This document shows positions 60,413 to 64,000 of a DNA stretch of 64,000 nt, piece by piece. The DNA is taken from assembly GCA_963776955.1 (NCBI GenBank), contig CAVZOM010000003.1:176544-240543 (forward strand), given 5' to 3'. The position numbers and the translations under genes were made by a program. Source of the DNA: an uncultured Actinomycetes bacterium. GTDB taxonomy: Bacteria; Actinomycetota; Thermoleophilia; Gaiellales; Gaiellaceae. How positions within the stretch are numbered: the first letter of the stretch is position 1; every line of letters begins with the position of its first letter. Below the pieces are notes generated by a model. That model was not told the DNA's origin, ran no database searches, and saw only the letters and a program-made list of their open reading frames with translations.

Positions 60413-61933
60413 CTACTTCGTCGCGTAGTAGTAGTACTCGTCCGAGTCGGGTGGTGAGTCGGTGATCACGGCGCCAATCATCTCCGAGCGCCAGCCTTCC
60501 GCCTGCCTGCTCAGGGTCTGGAGGCTCCGCCGCGTGACCCGGCCGTGCCTGACGACGACGAGCACGAAGTCGACGAAGGGCGCCAGTTCCGCCATCTCGA
60601 CCGTGGCCAGCGCGGGCGGCGTGTCGAGGATGACGAGGTCGGCGTCCTCGCCGAGGCTCGCGAGCAGCCCCGGGATGCGCGGCGAGCGGGCAACCCGGGC
60701 TCCCCGCTCGTGGCCTCCGGACGGGACGACTCGCAGCCAGCCGCGCTCGTCGCCGGCATGGGCGTTCCCATTGTCCGACCACGATCCGGGCGGCTGCGCG
60801 CGTCCGCTGGGGGACGCGCCGTTGAGCGACACGGCCCAGAGGGCATCCTCGATGCCTGCCTGGCCGTCGACGAGCTGCCGGACACCCGGTGACCCCTCCG
60901 GGATGCGGAAGAAGCCGCCGAGAGAAGGCTTGCGGGTGTCGAAGTCGGCGAGCACGACGTTCTGCCCGCGAAGAGCGAGTGCAACGGCGAGGTTCGTGGC
61001 CGTCGTCGTCTTGCCCTCGCCGGCGACCGCGCTCGTCACCGCCAGCACGCGACCCGATTTCTCGCCGCTGATCTGCATCAGCGTCGCCGCCAGGAGCCCA
61101 TAGGTGTCGCCGTAGCGCGTCTCGTGCCGGCCGACCGTGACGAGGCCGACTCGGCGAGGCAGCGATTGGATGGTCGCGAGCACCGGCTTTCCGAGCATGT
61201 CCTCGACGTCGCCTTCAGAGCGCACGCGGGTGTTCATCGCCTCGCGAATCGCCGCCACGAGCAATGCGACGACGAGGCCGATCGCCCCGCCGAGCAGCGA
61301 GTCGCGAAGGGGAGCTGGGCTGACCTTGTCCGCGCTGACTGGGCGCTCGATGACGGTCGCCCCGCCGGAGTTCAGCGTCTCGAGCGTGCGGAGTCGTTGC
61401 AGATCGGCCTGGAGCTGGGCCTGGGGCCCCGCGCCGGAATCGAGCTCCGCCTGAACGCGCTGGATCGCGGTGCGAATCGCCCCCGCCGAGATGTCGGCTC
61501 GCCAGTCGACGTAGGAGGCAGCGACGGCGTCGGCGACCGCGATCGCCTCATCGCTGTCGTCGGTCTGCGTCGTGAAGGTCAGGATGTCGCTCTCCTGGCG
61601 CCCGGAGACCGTTGTCATGGCACTGAGGTCGGAGGCAGTGAGGTTGGGGTCATCGAGTTCCTCAGCGGCGCGCCTGTACACCTCCGGTGACCGCGCGAGC
61701 GCGAGCGCGGTCTCGACCTCACGCTCCGGGTCCTGGAAGCCGGGATCGATGCCGGTGAGCATCGCGCCGAGGTCGCGTGTCTGGAGCGCGACCTTCGCCT
61801 CCGCGGAATAGCGTGGGCCCTGCGCCTGCTTGACCACGTTCATGGCGACGATGCCGAAGACCACGAGCACGATCGTGAGCGGAATCGCCCGGCGGATCGC
61901 AGCCTTGAGGGCTTCGGCAGCGCTTGGCCTCAC
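60413..61933 (-). CDS. Polysaccharide co-polymerase fused to a BY-type tyrosine autokinase (Wzc-like single polypeptide)
   Basis: Intact 506 aa. It has an N-terminal TM plus Wzz-like domain and a second TM 'LLGGAIGLVVALLVAAI'. Motifs seen: Walker A 'AVAGEGKTTTATNLA', A' 'VVLADFDTRKP', B 'DLVILDTPP', C-terminal Tyr cluster 'DEYYYYATK'. Confidence 0.85.
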   Translation of the reverse strand: MRPSAAEALKAAIRRAIPLTIVLVVFGIVAMNVVKQAQGPRYSAEAKVALQTRDLGAMLTGIDPGFQDPEREVETALALARSPEVYRRAAEELDDPNLTASDLSAMTTVSGRQESDILTFTTQTDDSDEAIAVADAVAASYVDWRADISAGAIRTAIQRVQAELDSGAGPQAQLQADLQRLRTLETLNSGGATVIERPVSADKVSPAPLRDSLLGGAIGLVVALLVAAIREAMNTRVRSEGDVEDMLGKPVLATIQSLPRRVGLVTVGRHETRYGDTYGLLAATLMQISGEKSGRVLAVTSAVAGEGKTTTATNLAVALALRGQNVVLADFDTRKPSLGGFFRIPEGSPGVRQLVDGQAGIEDALWAVSLNGASPSGRAQPPGSWSDNGNAHAGDERGWLRVVPSGGHERGARVARSPRIPGLLASLGEDADLVILDTPPALATVEMAELAPFVDFVLVVVRHGRVTRRSLQTLSRQAEGWRSEMIGAVITDSPPDSDEYYYYATK

Positions 61934-61980
61934 AGCTGACTAAGCGTAGCGGCGTCTGCCGCCGGAGGAAGCCGCTGGGA

Positions 61981-62006
61981 GACCCTCACTCATCCGAGTG
62001 AGGGTC
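61981..62006. promoter_or_regulatory. Perfect 11-bp hairpin/palindrome in the divergent intergenic region between the BY-kinase and the glycoside hydrolase
   Basis: GACCCTCACTC-ATCC-GAGTGAGGGTC. It lies 30 nt upstream of the 62036 ATG. Confidence 0.4.
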
Positions 62007-62035
62007 GATGCTGGATACTTGCCGATGCCGCTCTC

Positions 62036-63226
62036 ATGCCGCCTCGGGGAGTCCTCGCCGCCCATGGCAAGCGACTTGCAATCGTCCTGGCGATGCTCGT
62101 CGCACTGTTGGCGACCGCGCAGCTCGCGGGCGCCGAGGGCGCAGATGCCCGTCGCGCGGTGAAGGCCGACCGGTCGCTAGCTCGGGCCGCGTTCCGGCTG
62201 GAACTTGCCGAGCGGGCAGCCCCCAGGTCCTACGCCGGCCGAGTCGGCTACGCGGGCTCACTCGTCTGGTACCGCGGGACCGACCAGCTCGATTGGCTCA
62301 AGAGGGCGCGGGCGACCGGTGCGTCGTGGGTGCGCGAGGACTTCCACTGGGGCGCTTTCGAGCCGACCCCGGGCCAGTGGAACTGGCGCACCGGCGACAG
62401 GCTGATGCGCAACGCTTCTCTGTCCGGGATGGAGGTGCTGGGCATGGTCGGGTACTCGGCGGAGTGGGCCGCCTCCGGGCCGACGATCTACCACCCGCCC
62501 GCCGACCCCGCCGCCTACGCGGCCTTCTGCCGGCGCCTCGTGGAGCGGTACGGGCCGGGCGGGACCTTCTGGCAGGCGAATCCCGGCCTGACCCCGCGCC
62601 CGCTGCAGGCGCTCGAGATCTGGAACGAGCCGTGGCACGCGAGCTTCTGGCGGCCCCAGCCGAATCCCTCCGGCTACGCAGCTCTCGTCCGCGCGGCCGC
62701 CACAGCAATCCATGCAGCCAATCCCACGGTCAAGGTGCTCGCTTCGGCCGACGTCTTCCAGATGCGCACCGACACCCACGAGTCGCTCGACTGGTTCCGG
62801 CTCCTGTTGCAGGCCGATCCGACGCTCTTCAGGACAGAAGTCGACGCGTATTCCGTCCATCTCTATTCGCAGGAGCGAGGGCCGTACGACACCGTCGCCG
62901 AGCAGCGTTGGCGCTACGACCGCTCGCTCATCTCACGCGACCTCGCGGCCGACGCCGGCGCCGTGCACCCGCTCTGGATCACTGAGCTCGGCTGGACGAC
63001 GAGCCCCTCGAACCCCGACTCGGTCAGCGAGGCGACGCAGGCCAAATACGTGCGCCAGGCCATCCAGCGTGCCGTCGGGGAGTGGGGCGGCTTCGTCGAG
63101 CGCACGTTCATGTACCACTGGGGGCGGGCGGAGAACGACCACGCAGGAGGGTTCGGCGCGTTCCGCCATGATGGGAGCGCCAAGCCGCTGTTCGGCGCCC
63201 TCGCGTCGCTTCTCAACGGCGGTTAG
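62036..63226 (+). CDS. Secreted glycoside hydrolase, clan GH-A (GH5/GH39-like)
   Basis: Intact 396 aa. Signal 'LAIVLAMLVALLATAQLAGA', acid/base 'LEIWNEPW', nucleophile 'LWITELGW'. Confidence 0.65.
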   Translation: MPPRGVLAAHGKRLAIVLAMLVALLATAQLAGAEGADARRAVKADRSLARAAFRLELAERAAPRSYAGRVGYAGSLVWYRGTDQLDWLKRARATGASWVREDFHWGAFEPTPGQWNWRTGDRLMRNASLSGMEVLGMVGYSAEWAASGPTIYHPPADPAAYAAFCRRLVERYGPGGTFWQANPGLTPRPLQALEIWNEPWHASFWRPQPNPSGYAALVRAAATAIHAANPTVKVLASADVFQMRTDTHESLDWFRLLLQADPTLFRTEVDAYSVHLYSQERGPYDTVAEQRWRYDRSLISRDLAADAGAVHPLWITELGWTTSPSNPDSVSEATQAKYVRQAIQRAVGEWGGFVERTFMYHWGRAENDHAGGFGAFRHDGSAKPLFGALASLLNGG

Positions 63227-64000
63227 CGGCCCCGTCCCAGCGCGGGCATGAGACTGCGGGCCACCTCGTTGACCGTGCCCGGCGCCACGAGCAGGATTGC
63301 GGCGTAGGCCACCGAGGCGACGACCGCCGCGATCACTGCCGCGCCGGGAACGAGCAACGCGGCGAGAACCATGACCGCCCCTGCGATCGCGACCGGCGGC
63401 GCATAGCCGAGATCGGGCAGCAGCCCTTCACGGCGAACCGCGAGCGCGATCGGGACGAGGACGGCGGCCTCCGAGAGGACGGATACGACCGCCGCAGCCT
63501 TGTACCCGTAGGGCGGGATGAGCGCCAGGTTCAGCGCGACGTTCAAGACGAGGACGCCGAGCGAGGTCGCGAGTAGCGCGCGGTCACGCCCCGAGGCGAG
63601 AAGCACCGGCCAGAGCGCGGCGATCACCGCCGCGAGGAGGACGTACGGCGCCAGCAGCTGCAAGGCGGGCGCCGCCTCCTCGTACTCCGATCCGGCCGTG
63701 AACGTGATGATCTCCGACGGGAAGAGGAGCATCAGGATCGTGCCGAAGACGCCGCCCGCGAGGAGGACGTCGAACCCCTTCTGGACGAGCCCCCGCGTGC
63801 GCGGGTCCTTTCGGGCGACGAAGTCGGCGAGCGGCGGGAACAACGAGACGGAGACGGCCGCGACGGCGAACTGGGCGAGCTCGATGAACTTGTACGCCGC
63901 GCCGTAGAGCCCGACCTCTTCCGACGAGCGGAGCATCGCGAGCAGAAGCGTGTCGATGCGGAAGTAGATCTGCGAGAGCCCGATCGCGAGGCCGATCGCG
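63223..64000 (-). CDS. Polysaccharide flippase (Wzx/MOP superfamily), C-terminal half; continues beyond the window
   Basis: ORF 63223..63936 plus open frame to the edge. 'GLYGAAYKFIELAQFAVAAVSVSLFP' is followed by 5-6 further TM helices, as in Polysacc_synt_C regions. Confidence 0.7.
   Translation of the reverse strand, partial: AIGLAIGLSQIYFRIDTLLLAMLRSSEEVGLYGAAYKFIELAQFAVAAVSVSLFPPLADFVARKDPRTRGLVQKGFDVLLAGGVFGTILMLLFPSEIITFTAGSEYEEAAPALQLLAPYVLLAAVIAALWPVLLASGRDRALLATSLGVLVLNVALNLALIPPYGYKAAAVVSVLSEAAVLVPIALAVRREGLLPDLGYAPPVAIAGAVMVLAALLVPGAAVIAAVVASVAYAAILLVAPGTVNEVARSLMPALGRGR

Overview
Very GC-rich bacterial chromosome segment. The gene content and order look actinobacterial: tilS-hpt-ftsH-folP-folB-folK ... 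coaX ... greA-lysS resembles the conserved Mycobacterium-type housekeeping block. Left to right, the window holds: an ABC substrate-binding protein, truA, mscL, ligA and a PBP4-type carboxypeptidase; an orphan LuxR-type response regulator beside two divergent coiled-coil cell-wall hydrolases; a copper module (DUF4396, csoR, copA, a CsoR-type operator and a 42-aa membrane peptide); a fadD-like ligase divergent from an orphan ku; nif3, ssb and tRNA-Pro; a TolB-like/lysyl-oxidase fusion protein; two acyl-CoA dehydrogenases; a VanW-like protein, cobB, a lipid kinase and deoD; the housekeeping block, which is interrupted by an S8 protease and an aberrant tRNA-like gene; an ArsR/SRPBCC pair; a large Kelch beta-propeller protein. 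From about 46.5 kb to the right edge there is a polysaccharide locus: CDP-sugar cassette, GT2/GT4 transferases, PIG-L deacetylase, PHP phosphatase, fused BY-kinase, Wzy/WaaL-like protein, flippase and two secreted glycoside hydrolases. No CRISPR array, transposase, integrase or rRNA was recognised. Many genes, including essential ones, can only be rebuilt by changing reading frame, and these frame changes cluster in patches between clean stretches. This looks like patchy indel error rather than gene decay, so exact gene ends in those patches are approximate. The observations most worth a second look are: three inverted-repeat-bounded start regions (ku/fadD-like, deoD/GNAT, thioesterase/cobB); a 164-bp near-palindromic element; a repeat family with one copy inside the cobB zinc ribbon; the bacterial lysyl-oxidase fusion; the copper module with its operator and micro-ORFs; and the architecture of the polysaccharide locus. 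All homology calls come from motif recognition by eye; no search was run.
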